A stretch of 64,000 nucleotides of DNA from NCBI GenBank assembly GCA_910585245.1, contig CAJUCO010000008.1, positions 3,410-67,409 on the forward strand, given 5' to 3'. This DNA is from an uncultured Oscillibacter sp. (lineage in GTDB: Bacteria; Bacillota; Clostridia; Oscillospirales; Oscillospiraceae). This document shows, piece by piece, positions 7,979-17,762 of the stretch. Within the stretch, counting starts at the first letter, position 1, and each line of letters starts with the position of its first letter. A program made the position numbers and the translations under genes. The notes under the pieces were generated by a model. That model did no database searches. It saw nothing but the letters and a program-made list of their open reading frames with translations, and was not told the origin of the DNA.

Positions 7979-10629
7979 ACAGACTGGTCATGGGCGTTCT
8001 GGCCCACGTGGACGCCGGGAAAACCACCCTCTCCGAGGCGCTGCTCTACCAGAGCGGGGCCATCCGCCGCCTGGGCCGGGTGGACCACCGGGACGCCTTT
8101 TTGGATACCGACGGTATGGAGCGGGAACGGGGCATCACCATCTTCTCCAAGCAGGCGGAGTTCTCCCTGGGGGACCTGGAGGTCACACTGTTGGACACCC
8201 CGGGGCACGTGGACTTCTCCGCCGAGGCGGAGCGGGTGCTGCAAGTCTTGGACTGTGCGGTTTTGGTGATCAGCGGTTCCGACGGGGTCCAGGCCCACAC
8301 CCGAACTCTCTGGCGGCTTTTGGAGCGGTACGCCGTGCCCACGTTCTTGTTTGTCAACAAAATGGACCTGGCGGGCACGGACCGGGAGGCCCTTTTGGCG
8401 GAGCTGAAAAACCGCCTGGAGGCCGGCTGCGTCGACTTCGCCCTGCCGCCGGACGCCCTGGCGGAGGAGGCCGCCATATGCGACGAGGCTTTGCTGGAGC
8501 GGTATCTTGAGACCGGGGAGGTGGCGGAGGAGGACCTGACGGACCTCATCCGGCGGCGGAAGCTGTTCCCCTGTCTCTTTGGCTCCGCCCTGAAGCTGGA
8601 GGGGGTGGAGGCCCTGCTGGAGGCCCTGGAGCGCCACGGGCCTTTGCGGACCTATCCGGCGGCTTTCGGGGCCCGGGTGTTCAAGGTCTCCCGGGACGCC
8701 CGGGGGGCCCGTCTCACCTGGATGAAAGTCACCGGCGGGGTGCTCCGGGCCAAGGACCTTCTGACCAACCGGGGGCCCGACACCCCGGAGGAAGAGGTCT
8801 GGGAGGAAAAGGCGGACCAGCTCCGCCTTTACTCCGGGGAGAAGTTCCAGCCCCTGGACAGCGCCCCCGCCGGGACGGTGGTGGCGGTTACGGGCCTCAG
8901 CCGGACCGTCCCCGGCCAGGGGCTGGGTGTTGAAACCGCCTGGACCGTCCCGGCCCTGGAGCCGGTGCTGGCCTATCAGGTGGAGACGGAGGCGGACCCC
9001 TCCGCCACCTTGAAAGCCCTGCGCGCTCTGGAGGAAGAGGACCCCCAGCTTCGGGTCTCCTGGGCGGGAAGGACCATCCAGGTCCAGCTCATGGGCCAGG
9101 TCCAGATGGAAATTCTCCAGCGAAGGCTGAAAGAGCGCTTTGACATCGAGGTCTGCTTCGGCGCGGGAAGGGTGGTGTACCGGGAGACCATTGCGGCTCC
9201 GGTGGAGGGCGTGGGTCACTTCGAGCCCCTGCGCCACTACGCGGAGGTGCACCTGCTCCTGGAGCCGCTGCCCCGGGGGACAGGCCTCCGCTTTGCCACC
9301 GTCTGTCCGGAGGACCGGCTGGACGGCCACTGGCAGCGGCTGATTTTGACACACCTCTGGGAAAAGCCCCACCTGGGGGTGCTCACCGGCTCCCCCGTTA
9401 CGGACATGAAAATCACGCTCACAGCAGGCCGGGCCCACGAAAAGCACACCGAGGGAGGCGACTTCCGCCAGGCCACCTACCGGGCGGTGCGCCAGGGGCT
9501 TATGAGCGCCCAAAGCATCCTGCTGGAGCCCTGGTACGCCTTCCGCCTGGAGCTGCCCGGCGGACAATTGGGGCGGGCTTTGAACGACATCCAGCAGATG
9601 GGTGGCGGGGCGGACCCTCCGGAAACCCTGGGGGAGGAGGTTGTCCTTACCGGGGAGGCGCCGGTGGCCGCTATGGGGGACTACGCCAAGGAGCTGGCCG
9701 CCTACACCCGGGGTCAGGGCCGCCTGAGCCTCCGCCCCGCCGGATACCGGCCCTGCGCGGACCTGGAGACGGTTATTGCGGCCATGGGCTACGACCCGGA
9801 GCGGGACGTGGAGAACACGCCGGACTCCGTCTTTTGCGCCCACGGAGCGGGGCACACGGTGAAATGGAGCGACGTCCCCGCCCGGGCCCATGTGGAAAGC
9901 GGCCTCCGCCTGGACGGCCCGCCGCCGGAGAAGGAGGAGGTCCCCCCGGCAAGCCGCTCTGCCGCCTACGCCGGAACCATCGAGCAGGACAAGGAGCTCC
10001 AGGCTATCTTTGAGCGGACCTACGGCAAGGGGAAGCGCCGGGACTTCCTGCCGCCCAAGGCCCCCCGGCGGCCCCCGGCCGGGGAGGGCGGAGAGGCCCG
10101 CCCCATCTCCGCCCCGCCCTCCGGGCCGGAGTATTTGCTGGTGGACGGGTACAACATCATCTTCGCCTGGGAGGAGTTGAAGGCCATAGCCCAGGAGAGC
10201 CTGGACGCCGCCCGGAAGGCCCTGTGCGACCTTCTTTGCAACTACCAGGGCTGCCGGGGCTGCGAGGTCATCGCCGTTTTCGACGCCTACAAGGTCAAGG
10301 GGGGCCAGGGCTCTGTGGAGAAATACCACAACATTCACGTGGTCTACACCAAGGAGGCGGAGACGGCGGACGCCTACATTGAGCGGACCACCTACGAGCT
10401 GGGAAAGCGCCACCGGGTGCGGGTGGCCACCTCCGACGGGCCGGAGCAGCTCATCATCCTGGGCCACGGGGCTCTGCGCCTCTCCGCCACCGCCTTTCGG
10501 GAGGAGGTGGAGCAGGTCCAAGGGCAGATCGCCCAGGTGCTGGCCCAAAACAACCGCCGGGGCAAGGGCCCGGGGGCCCTGCGCTCCGCCATGGAACGAG
10601 CTGTGAAAAAGGAGGAACCGCCATGTTGA
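7975..10629 (+). CDS. TetM/EF-G-like translation GTPase with C-terminal NYN (YacP/Rae1-like) RNase domain
   Basis: [46 protein letters not shown]-terminal LLVDGYNII...VFDA...ETADAYIE...VATSD. Confidence 0.9.
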   Translation: MNRLVMGVLAHVDAGKTTLSEALLYQSGAIRRLGRVDHRDAFLDTDGMERERGITIFSKQAEFSLGDLEVTLLDTPGHVDFSAEAERVLQVLDCAVLVISGSDGVQAHTRTLWRLLERYAVPTFLFVNKMDLAGTDREALLAELKNRLEAGCVDFALPPDALAEEAAICDEALLERYLETGEVAEEDLTDLIRRRKLFPCLFGSALKLEGVEALLEALERHGPLRTYPAAFGARVFKVSRDARGARLTWMKVTGGVLRAKDLLTNRGPDTPEEEVWEEKADQLRLYSGEKFQPLDSAPAGTVVAVTGLSRTVPGQGLGVETAWTVPALEPVLAYQVETEADPSATLKALRALEEEDPQLRVSWAGRTIQVQLMGQVQMEILQRRLKERFDIEVCFGAGRVVYRETIAAPVEGVGHFEPLRHYAEVHLLLEPLPRGTGLRFATVCPEDRLDGHWQRLILTHLWEKPHLGVLTGSPVTDMKITLTAGRAHEKHTEGGDFRQATYRAVRQGLMSAQSILLEPWYAFRLELPGGQLGRALNDIQQMGGGADPPETLGEEVVLTGEAPVAAMGDYAKELAAYTRGQGRLSLRPAGYRPCADLETVIAAMGYDPERDVENTPDSVFCAHGAGHTVKWSDVPARAHVESGLRLDGPPPEKEEVPPASRSAAYAGTIEQDKELQAIFERTYGKGKRRDFLPPKAPRRPPAGEGGEARPISAPPSGPEYLLVDGYNIIFAWEELKAIAQESLDAARKALCDLLCNYQGCRGCEVIAVFDAYKVKGGQGSVEKYHNIHVVYTKEAETADAYIERTTYELGKRHRVRVATSDGPEQLIILGHGALRLSATAFREEVEQVQGQIAQVLAQNNRRGKGPGALRSAMERAVKKEEPPC

Positions 10630-11090
10630 CTACCTTCGCCACCCTGGCCGTGTGCTCCGGCTGCGCCACCGTCCGCCGCTATCTGGACCGCTCCAGCCGC
10701 CGGGAGACGGACCACTTTGGCGGCCGGGTCCGGCTGAGGGTCCTTCGAAACCGGGGAGCGGCCTTTGGCCTGCCCATACCGGCCCTGCCGCTGGCCTCCG
10801 GGGCGGCGCTGGAGCTACTGTGGTGGCGGCGGAAACGCTGCCCCTTGGGAACGGGGCTGATTCTGGGCGGAGGGCTCAGCAATCTTTTGGAGCGCCTTCA
10901 AGAGGGGGAGGTCTATGATTACCTCCAGTTTCCAAAAGCCCCCAGGCCCCTGAACCGATACGTCTTCAATTTGGCAGACCTTTGCATTGCTACCGGCGGC
11001 GCTCTCTGCCTCTTCCGGGGAAAGCGGTCTCCGGGCCTCGGGAATGTTTCCTCTCGCGGCTCCTCGTGGGGACGGGGAGTGCTCCGGTAA
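10623..11090 (+). CDS. lspA: signal peptidase II (A8 family)-like protein
   Basis: NRGAAFG, GGGLSNLLER, VYDY, VFNLAD; short and divergent N-terminus. Confidence 0.7.
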   Translation: MLTTFATLAVCSGCATVRRYLDRSSRRETDHFGGRVRLRVLRNRGAAFGLPIPALPLASGAALELLWWRRKRCPLGTGLILGGGLSNLLERLQEGEVYDYLQFPKAPRPLNRYVFNLADLCIATGGALCLFRGKRSPGLGNVSSRGSSWGRGVLR

Positions 11091-11097
11091 AATTGTC

Positions 11098-11220
11098 CGG
11101 CCGTCAAAAAACGGGGAAACCAAATCTGACGGAAAGAACGCTGCGAGAGAAATCCGGAAAGGACTCCTCTCGTAGCGTTTTCCATTCGGGCTTTTTGGGG
11201 GCGGCTTTTTTCACAGGCTG
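11098..11220. repeat. MITE-like repeat (family B), degenerate copy
   Basis: Ends CCGTCAAAAAA / TTTTTTCACAGGCTG and internal CGAGAGAAA...CTCTCGTAGC, shared with the copies at 41164 and 44905. Confidence 0.5.
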
Positions 11221-11331
11221 CCGACGTGAAACGGCGGAATCTTGGAAAGAGCCTCTGGGATTCTTTCTCACTGCGGTGAGAATCTACGGAGACTATCCAT
11301 AGGAGTGGCAGAGGTGCGCATCCCCGCCTTG

Positions 11332-11679
11332 TCAAAAGATCCGTTCGCCCAGGTATTTGTCGTGGGGGACGATCAGGCACGCCTCTATGGATTTCCAGTA
11401 ACTTCCGTAAAGGTTTTTCTGTGCCGCTCCATAGTGCTCTTTTGTGTCAAATTCCCAGAAGAGCACATATTTGACGCTTTTCACCACCCGCGTGATGGCG
11501 CGGGGAGGAAGCTCCTCTCGAATCTGCTCCAGATCAATGCGGTGTCCTCTTTTGAACAGGCGAAGGGATAAAAGGCCTGTCTGACTTTCCAAAAAGTCCC
11601 TGGCCTCCAGCATGAGCGCTTCAAATTCCTCTGCCTTTTGGGGCTTGACCTGGTAAATACAAACCTCGTTAAAGGGCAT
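11332..11679 (-). CDS. hypothetical protein, possible dimeric alpha/beta-barrel (ABM-like)
   Basis: GGAGG RBS; YQVKPQKAEEFE...GLLSLRL...YVLFWEFD pattern. Confidence 0.6.
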   Translation of the reverse strand: MPFNEVCIYQVKPQKAEEFEALMLEARDFLESQTGLLSLRLFKRGHRIDLEQIREELPPRAITRVVKSVKYVLFWEFDTKEHYGAAQKNLYGSYWKSIEACLIVPHDKYLGERIF

Positions 11680-11969
11680 GACGGTTCCTCCTCCCTCTCC
11701 TTGTGCCGGGACAGGCTCACCGCGTTTTCCGCGGAGGTTCCGCCCAAGTCCTCGGGGTTGCCCCGATTTTACCACGGCTTAGGTTCAGGCGCAAGGTCCA
11801 CTTCGAGAGGTCGCCCTCCGCCACAGGACGGCGCAAAAGGGGAACGGATAGGGGAGAGGACCTCTTGACTTTCCGTCCTTTTTATGCTAGACTTTCCAAA
11901 ACGAACACCCGTTTTTCCCAAGGAAGCCCAAACCGGGTTTCAAATCTGAATCAGAGGGGAGAAGACCGT

Positions 11970-12110
11970 ATGAAAAGAATCAAGACTCTAGAGACCCGCA
12001 GCCTCTGCGAGAGCGCCAAGAAGGGCGGTTGCGGCGAGTGCCAGACCTCCTGCCAGTCCGCTTGCAAAACCTCCTGCGGCGTCGCCAACCAGAAGTGCGA
12101 GCAGAAGTGA
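11970..12110 (+). CDS. scfA: SCIFF (six-cysteine) ranthipeptide precursor
   Basis: MKRIKTL...GGCGECQTSCQSACKTSCGVANQKC; promoter TTGACT(11865)-17-TAGACT(11888). Confidence 0.96.
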   Translation: MKRIKTLETRSLCESAKKGGCGECQTSCQSACKTSCGVANQKCEQK

Positions 12111-12117
12111 ACACACG

Positions 12118-12144
12118 AAGCGCCGCCGCCCAGGCGGCGCTTTT
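12118..12144 (+). terminator. hairpin between the precursor and maturase genes
   Basis: AAGCGCCGCC-GCCCA-GGCGGCGCTTTT. Confidence 0.6.
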
Positions 12145-12192
12145 CCTGTTGGAAAAACCGCCGTTCCTTCCCGGGCGGCCTTGGAGGATCAC

Positions 12193-13578
12193 ATGGTACA
12201 TCAATACCAACTCAATGGATACAATATCGTTTTAGACAGCTGTTCCGGCGGCATCCACGTGGTGGACGAGGTGGCCTATGACGTCATTGCCCTCTACCCG
12301 GACCACACGGCAGAGGAAATCGTGGCGGCCCTGCTGGAAAAATACCCGAACCGTTCCGACGTGACGGAAGAAGAACTGCGGGAGTGTCTGGCCGACGTGG
12401 AGTCGCTGGTAAACTCCGGCCAACTCTATACCCCCGATACCTTCTCGGACATCGCCGGGACCTTTAAAGAGCGCTCCGGCGACGTGGTAAAGGCCCTCTG
12501 CCTTCACGTGGCCCACACCTGTAACCTCAACTGCTCCTACTGCTTCGCAAGCCAGGGGAAATACCATGGGGACCGGGCCCTCATGCCCTTTGAGGTGGGC
12601 AAGCAGGCCCTGGACTTCCTTATCGCCCACTCCGGAAGCCGGACGAACCTGGAGGTAGACTTCTTCGGCGGCGAGCCGCTGATGAACTGGCAGGTGGTAA
12701 AGGACCTGGTGGCCTACGCCCGGACCCAGGAGGAGCCGCACCACAAGCATTTCCGCTTCACCCTCACCACCAACGGGATGCTCATTGACCAAGACGTCAT
12801 TGACTTTGCCAACCGGGAGATGGACAACGTGGTCCTCTCTCTGGACGGGCGGAGGGAGATTCACGACGCCCTTCGGGTGGACTACGCCGGAAACGGCAGC
12901 TATGAGCGGATTGTCCCCAAGTTTCAGGAGCTGGTGAAGGCCCGGGGGGGAAGCCGGTACTATATGAGGGGCACATTTACCCACCGGAATCCGGATTTCA
13001 CGAAGGACCTCTTCCACATGGCGGATCTGGGCTTCACCGAGCTCTCCATGGAGCCGGTGGTCTGCGCTCCGGGGGACCCGGCGGCCCTGACTGCGGAGGA
13101 CCTGGAGACCGTGAAGGAGCAGTACGAGCTCCTGGCAAAGGAGATGCAAAAGCGCCGTAAAGAGGGGCGCCCCATCACCTTTTACCACTATATGCTGGAC
13201 CTTACGGGAGGACCCTGCGTCTACAAGCGGGTCTCCGGCTGCGGCTCCGGCACGGAGTACATGGCCGTCACCCCCTGGGGGGATTTGTACCCCTGCCACC
13301 AGTTCGTGGGGGAGGAGGCGTACAAGCTGGGGGACGTGTGGCAGGGCGTGACGAATACCGCCCTGCGGGAGGAGTTCCGGTCCTGCAACGCCTACGCCCG
13401 GCCCGAGTGCGCGGACTGCTGGGCCAAGCTCTATTGCTCCGGCGGCTGCGCTGCCAATGCCTACCACGCCTCTGGCTCCATCCGGGGGGTTTACGAGGCG
13501 GGCTGCGAGCTCTTTCGCAAGCGGATGGAGTGTGCCATCATGCTCCAGGCCGCCCAGGCGGAGGAAAGCGGAGTATGA
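12193..13578 (+). CDS. scfB: radical SAM/SPASM SCIFF peptide maturase
   Basis: CNLNCSYC, FFGGEP, SPASM cysteines; adjacent to the SCIFF precursor. Confidence 0.95.
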   Translation: MVHQYQLNGYNIVLDSCSGGIHVVDEVAYDVIALYPDHTAEEIVAALLEKYPNRSDVTEEELRECLADVESLVNSGQLYTPDTFSDIAGTFKERSGDVVKALCLHVAHTCNLNCSYCFASQGKYHGDRALMPFEVGKQALDFLIAHSGSRTNLEVDFFGGEPLMNWQVVKDLVAYARTQEEPHHKHFRFTLTTNGMLIDQDVIDFANREMDNVVLSLDGRREIHDALRVDYAGNGSYERIVPKFQELVKARGGSRYYMRGTFTHRNPDFTKDLFHMADLGFTELSMEPVVCAPGDPAALTAEDLETVKEQYELLAKEMQKRRKEGRPITFYHYMLDLTGGPCVYKRVSGCGSGTEYMAVTPWGDLYPCHQFVGEEAYKLGDVWQGVTNTALREEFRSCNAYARPECADCWAKLYCSGGCAANAYHASGSIRGVYEAGCELFRKRMECAIMLQAAQAEESGV

Positions 13579-14912
13579 CCACCCCCGTGGCGGACTTCCT
13601 CCGGGCCTACGCCGCCTCCGGCACGGTCCGGCTCCATATGCCGGGGCACAAGGGCCGGGGACCTCTGGGCTGCGAACATTGGGACCTGACGGAAATATCC
13701 GGGGCGGACTCCCTCTATGAGGCGGCGGGCATCATCGCAAAGAGCGAGGAAAACGCCGCCGCCCTCTTCGGCTCCGCCGCCACGTTCTACTCCACTGAAG
13801 GGTCTACCCATTGTATCAAGGCCATGCTGTTCCTGGCCCTTCAAAACCGTCCGGCAGGGACGCCGCCGGTGATTCTGGCCGCCCGGAACGTCCACAGGGC
13901 CTTTGTCCATGCCGCCGCCCTGCTGGATTTCGAGCCGGTGTGGCTCTGGCCGGAGGAGGGGACAAACTCCCTCTGTGCCTGTCCCATTACGGCGGAGGGT
14001 CTGGAAAAAAACTTGGCCTCACTGCCTGCGCCTCCCGCCGCCGTCTACGTCACCAGCCCCGACTATTTGGGAAACACGGCGGACGTCTCCGCCCTGGCGG
14101 AGGTGTGCCATGCCCATAAAACGCCGCTTCTGGTGGACAACGCCCACGGGGCCTATCTGCGCTTCCTGGCCCCCTCCCGCCACCCTCTGGACCAGGGGGC
14201 GGACCTCACCTGCGATTCCGCCCACAAGACCCTGCCGGTTCTCACCGGCGGGGCATACCTCCATGTTGCCAAAACCGCCCCGGCGGCGTTTTTGGAGAAC
14301 GTCCGGCCCGCCCTGGCCCTCTTCGGGTCCACCAGCCCCTCCTATCTGACCTTAGCGTCCCTGGACTTATGCAACCGCTGTTTGTCGGAGGAGTACCCCG
14401 CCCGCTTGGAGGAGGCTGTCCGCCGCCTGGAGGCCCTGGGGAAATCCCTTTCCGCCCAGGGCTGGCGGACAGAGCCCTCAGACCCCCTGCGCCTGACCCT
14501 CCGGGCCCCGGCGGGCCTGACGGGGCTGGACTTGGCGGACCGGCTCCGCCGGGGCGGCGGGGAGTGCGAGTACGCGGACCGGGACTTCCTGGTCCTCATG
14601 ACCACGCCGGAAAACGGCCCGGAGGACCTTGCCCGGGTCTCCGCCGCCCTGGGGGAGAACCGGGCTCCCGCCGCCCCGGCGGTTTTCCTGCCTCCCGCCA
14701 GGGGGAAGCGGCTTCGGTCCATCCGAGAGGCCCTGTTCGCTCCCCAGGAGACCGTCCCGGTGGAGGAGAGTCTGGGCCGGGTCTGCGGCGGGCCCACGGT
14801 GAGCTGCCCCCCGGCGGTGCCCATCGCCGTGTCCGGGGAGCGGATTGGGAAAGAGGCCCTGGCGCTGTTTCGGTATTACGGCGTAAAACTCGTGGCTGTT
14901 TTAAAGGACTGA
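13575..14912 (+). CDS. PLP-dependent Orn/Lys/Arg decarboxylase family protein
   Basis: HMPGHKG, RNVH, TSPDY, DNAHGA, SAHKTLP, TSPSY. Confidence 0.88.
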   Translation: MTTPVADFLRAYAASGTVRLHMPGHKGRGPLGCEHWDLTEISGADSLYEAAGIIAKSEENAAALFGSAATFYSTEGSTHCIKAMLFLALQNRPAGTPPVILAARNVHRAFVHAAALLDFEPVWLWPEEGTNSLCACPITAEGLEKNLASLPAPPAAVYVTSPDYLGNTADVSALAEVCHAHKTPLLVDNAHGAYLRFLAPSRHPLDQGADLTCDSAHKTLPVLTGGAYLHVAKTAPAAFLENVRPALALFGSTSPSYLTLASLDLCNRCLSEEYPARLEEAVRRLEALGKSLSAQGWRTEPSDPLRLTLRAPAGLTGLDLADRLRRGGGECEYADRDFLVLMTTPENGPEDLARVSAALGENRAPAAPAVFLPPARGKRLRSIREALFAPQETVPVEESLGRVCGGPTVSCPPAVPIAVSGERIGKEALALFRYYGVKLVAVLKD

Positions 14913-14994
14913 AAATTGAAAAATGAGGCACACTAGCCTTGCCGCCCCGTTCCTCTGGGACGGGGCAAATTTTTTTCAGAATAGGAGAAACGCG

Positions 14995-15174
14995 ATGAAC
15001 GCGACGGTAAATGAAAGTTGCATTGGCTGCGGCCTGTGCGCCGGGAACTGCCCGGAGGTATTTTCCATGGGAGACGACGGCTTTGCCCACGGCGGGGAGG
15101 TCCCTGACGGGATGCTGGACGCGGCCCAGAGCGCCCGGGACGAGTGCCCGGTGAGTGCTATCAGCATCGGCTGA
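14995..15174 (+). CDS. monocluster ferredoxin
   Basis: CIGCGLCAGNCPEVF...CPVSAI. Confidence 0.9.
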   Translation: MNATVNESCIGCGLCAGNCPEVFSMGDDGFAHGGEVPDGMLDAAQSARDECPVSAISIG

Positions 15175-15242
15175 TAGAGGGCCTCTTGCCGAGGCGGGGG
15201 GCTTTTACTCGCCTGCAAGGGCGAGTAAAAGCCCCGGCGAGG

Positions 15243-17048
15243 TCACTCGTCCAGCTTCAGCACCGCCAGGAAGGCCTCCGTGGGAATCTGAACAGACCCC
15301 AGGCTCCGCATCTTCTTCTTGCCCTCCTTCTGCTTTTCCAAGAGCTTCTTTTTCCGGGTGATGTCGCCGCCATAGCACTTGGCCAGCACGTCCTTCCGCA
15401 TGGCCTTGACCGTCTCCCGGGCGATCACCCGCCCGCCGATGGCCGCTTGCACCGGCACCTCGAAGAGCTGGCGGGGGATGTTCTCCTTCAGCTTCTCACA
15501 GAGCTTCCGGGCCCGGCCATAGGCCTTGCCCTTATGGGCAATGAAGCTCAGCGCGTCCACCTGGTCCCCATTTAAAAGCAAATCCACCTTCACCAGCTCG
15601 CTGGGCCGGTAGCCGGAGAGCTCGTAGTCCAAGGACGCGTAGCCCTTGGTGTTGGCTTTCAGCGTGTCGAAGAAATCGTAAATAATCTCGTTCAGCGGCA
15701 TCTGGTAATGGAGCTCCACCAGGTGGGTGTCCAGGTACTGCATATCCTTGAACTCCCCCCGGCGCTCCTGGCACATGGGCATGATGTTCCCCACGTAGTC
15801 GTTGGGGCTGATGATAGAGACCTTTACATAAGGCTCCTCCGCCCGCTCGATGGAGGCCGGGTCCGGATAATTGTGGGGGTTATCCACCCGCACAAGGCTA
15901 CCGTCTGTTTTATAAACATCATATATTACGGAAGGTAATGTAGTCACCAGGTCCAAGTCAAATTCCCGCTCCAGCCGCTCCTGGATGACCTCCATATGGA
16001 GCATTCCCAAAAAGCCGCAGCGGAAGCCGAAGCCCAGGGCCACGGAGGACTCGGGCTCGAAGCTCAAGGACGCGTCGTTGAGCCGCAGCTTTTCCAGGGC
16101 GTCCCGCAGGTCCGGGTACTTGGACCCGTCCTCGGTGTAAATGCCACAATAGACCATGGGCTGCACGGGCCGGTAGCCCGGGAGGGCCTCCGCCGCCGGG
16201 GTGGCGGCGTCTGTCACGGTGTCGCCCACCCGGGTGTCCTGGACATTTTTAATGGAAGCGGTGAAATAGCCCACCTCCCCCGCCTGGAGGCGGTCGCAGG
16301 ACTCCATACCCAAGGGCAGCAGGTGGCCGCACTCCACTACCTGATAGGAAGCGCCGGAGGCCATCATTTTTACGGTCTGCCCGGTACGGAGGCTGCCCTC
16401 CATCAGGCGCATATAGACGATGACCCCCCGGTAGCTGTCGTACTGACTGTCGAAAATCAGGGCCTTAAGGGGGGCATTCGGGTCCCCGGCGGGAGGCGGG
16501 ACGTTTTTCACTACGTCTTCCAGCACCGCGTCGATGTTGACCCCCTGCTTGGCGGAGATCTCCGGTGCGTCCAGGGCCGGGAGGCCGATGATATCCTCCA
16601 CCTCCTGCTTGGCCTGGGCGGGGTTGGCAGCGGGAAGGTCGATTTTGTTGAACACCGGAAGAATCTCCAAATCGTGTTCCATGGCGAGATAGGTGTTGGC
16701 CAGGGTTTGAGCCTCCACACCCTGGGTGGAGTCCACCACCAAAACGGCCCCCTCGCAGGCGGCCAGAGACCGGGATACCTCGTAGTTAAAGTCCACGTGG
16801 CCCGGGGTGTCGATGAGGTTCAGGGCATAATCCTCCCCGTCGGCGGCATGGTAGAGGAGCCGGACGGCCCGGGCCTTGATGGTGATGCCCCGTTCCCGCT
16901 CCAAGTCCATGTTGTCCAGCAGCTGGCTCTCCATCTCCCGCTGGCTGACGGCATCGCACTTTTCCAGCAGCCGGTCCGCCAGGGTGGACTTGCCGTGGTC
17001 GATATGAGCAATGATGGAAAAATTACGAATGTGATCTTGTTGAATCAT
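15243..17048 (-). CDS. lepA: translation elongation factor 4 (LepA)
   Basis: [45 protein letters not shown]. Confidence 0.98.
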   Translation of the reverse strand: MIQQDHIRNFSIIAHIDHGKSTLADRLLEKCDAVSQREMESQLLDNMDLERERGITIKARAVRLLYHAADGEDYALNLIDTPGHVDFNYEVSRSLAACEGAVLVVDSTQGVEAQTLANTYLAMEHDLEILPVFNKIDLPAANPAQAKQEVEDIIGLPALDAPEISAKQGVNIDAVLEDVVKNVPPPAGDPNAPLKALIFDSQYDSYRGVIVYMRLMEGSLRTGQTVKMMASGASYQVVECGHLLPLGMESCDRLQAGEVGYFTASIKNVQDTRVGDTVTDAATPAAEALPGYRPVQPMVYCGIYTEDGSKYPDLRDALEKLRLNDASLSFEPESSVALGFGFRCGFLGMLHMEVIQERLEREFDLDLVTTLPSVIYDVYKTDGSLVRVDNPHNYPDPASIERAEEPYVKVSIISPNDYVGNIMPMCQERRGEFKDMQYLDTHLVELHYQMPLNEIIYDFFDTLKANTKGYASLDYELSGYRPSELVKVDLLLNGDQVDALSFIAHKGKAYGRARKLCEKLKENIPRQLFEVPVQAAIGGRVIARETVKAMRKDVLAKCYGGDITRKKKLLEKQKEGKKKMRSLGSVQIPTEAFLAVLKLDE

Positions 17049-17307
17049 AGAGAAAGGCCTCCTTGGGCAAGTCCACCGGGGCCCCATCGAAGATGGGGCG
17101 CGCCGGAGGCGCGTAATAAAATAAAAAACCGGGGACCTCGCAAAATCAAAGATTTTGTGGGGAGAGGAAGAAGGAACGAAGCAAAGCGGAGACCACGCCG
17201 TCAGGCGGGGGCGAAGAGGGCGGAGTTTCTTCTGACGAGGTCGATATGAGCGATGATGGAAAAATTACGAATGTGATCTTGTTGAATCATAGAGAAAGAC
17301 CTCCTTG
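16997..17307. mobile_element. 173-bp element (17066-17238) flanked by a 69-bp direct duplication of the lepA RBS and first 17 codons
   Basis: 16997-17065 and 17239-17307 match at 67/69 nt; 17131-17238 is ~85% similar by eye to 27027-27135. Confidence 0.75.
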
Positions 17308-17321
17308 AGGAAATGGTATCA

Positions 17322-17723
17322 TCATTGAGGGAGAGGGGATACAGACGTCCATACGCCGGTTTCGGCATCCCGCGCCAAGACGAGCTGGTCCGGACTGGTT
17401 CCCCGGTGGAAATATATGCTTTCGGCGGAATCGCCGACTTGGATTTCAAACCGGTTTTTCGCGCCGAAGCTGCTGTTCAGCCCGCCTAGGCAGCGATAAA
17501 AAGAGCAGTGGATCTCATCGCCGGTCTGTTTGGCCTCCATGGCCCGGATATAACCCATGGAACCCAGGGAAAAGGTCTCCACCGTGACGGTGGCCCCGTC
17601 CCCGGAGACGGAGAAGTCCTGGAGGAAGACGTCCGTCCTCTTTTGAAAGCCCGGCAGCACAAACAGCATTCCGGCCACCGCGCCAATGAGAAAGGCAAGA
17701 AAAACAGGCATCCATTTTTTCAT
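17322..17723 (-). CDS. hypothetical protein with N-terminal TM anchor
   Basis: MKKWMPVFLAFLIGAVAGMLFVL; co-oriented between the MBOAT partner gene and lepA. Confidence 0.65.
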   Translation of the reverse strand: MKKWMPVFLAFLIGAVAGMLFVLPGFQKRTDVFLQDFSVSGDGATVTVETFSLGSMGYIRAMEAKQTGDEIHCSFYRCLGGLNSSFGAKNRFEIQVGDSAESIYFHRGTSPDQLVLARDAETGVWTSVSPLPQ

Positions 17724-17762
17724 ACGCAAGGACCTTCCCCCATCTTCAATAAATAGCGGCTC

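Noticed and set aside
5645..10548. Long minus-strand ORFs (768 aa, 873 aa) and similar ones elsewhere (e.g. 35115-36632, 57293-59311)
   Set aside because: Antisense shadows of well-supported genes in GC-rich DNA; no motifs or RBS.
7975..10629. Tetracycline resistance gene call
   Set aside because: Host-like GC, no mobile context, and an extra NYN domain; family resemblance alone is insufficient.
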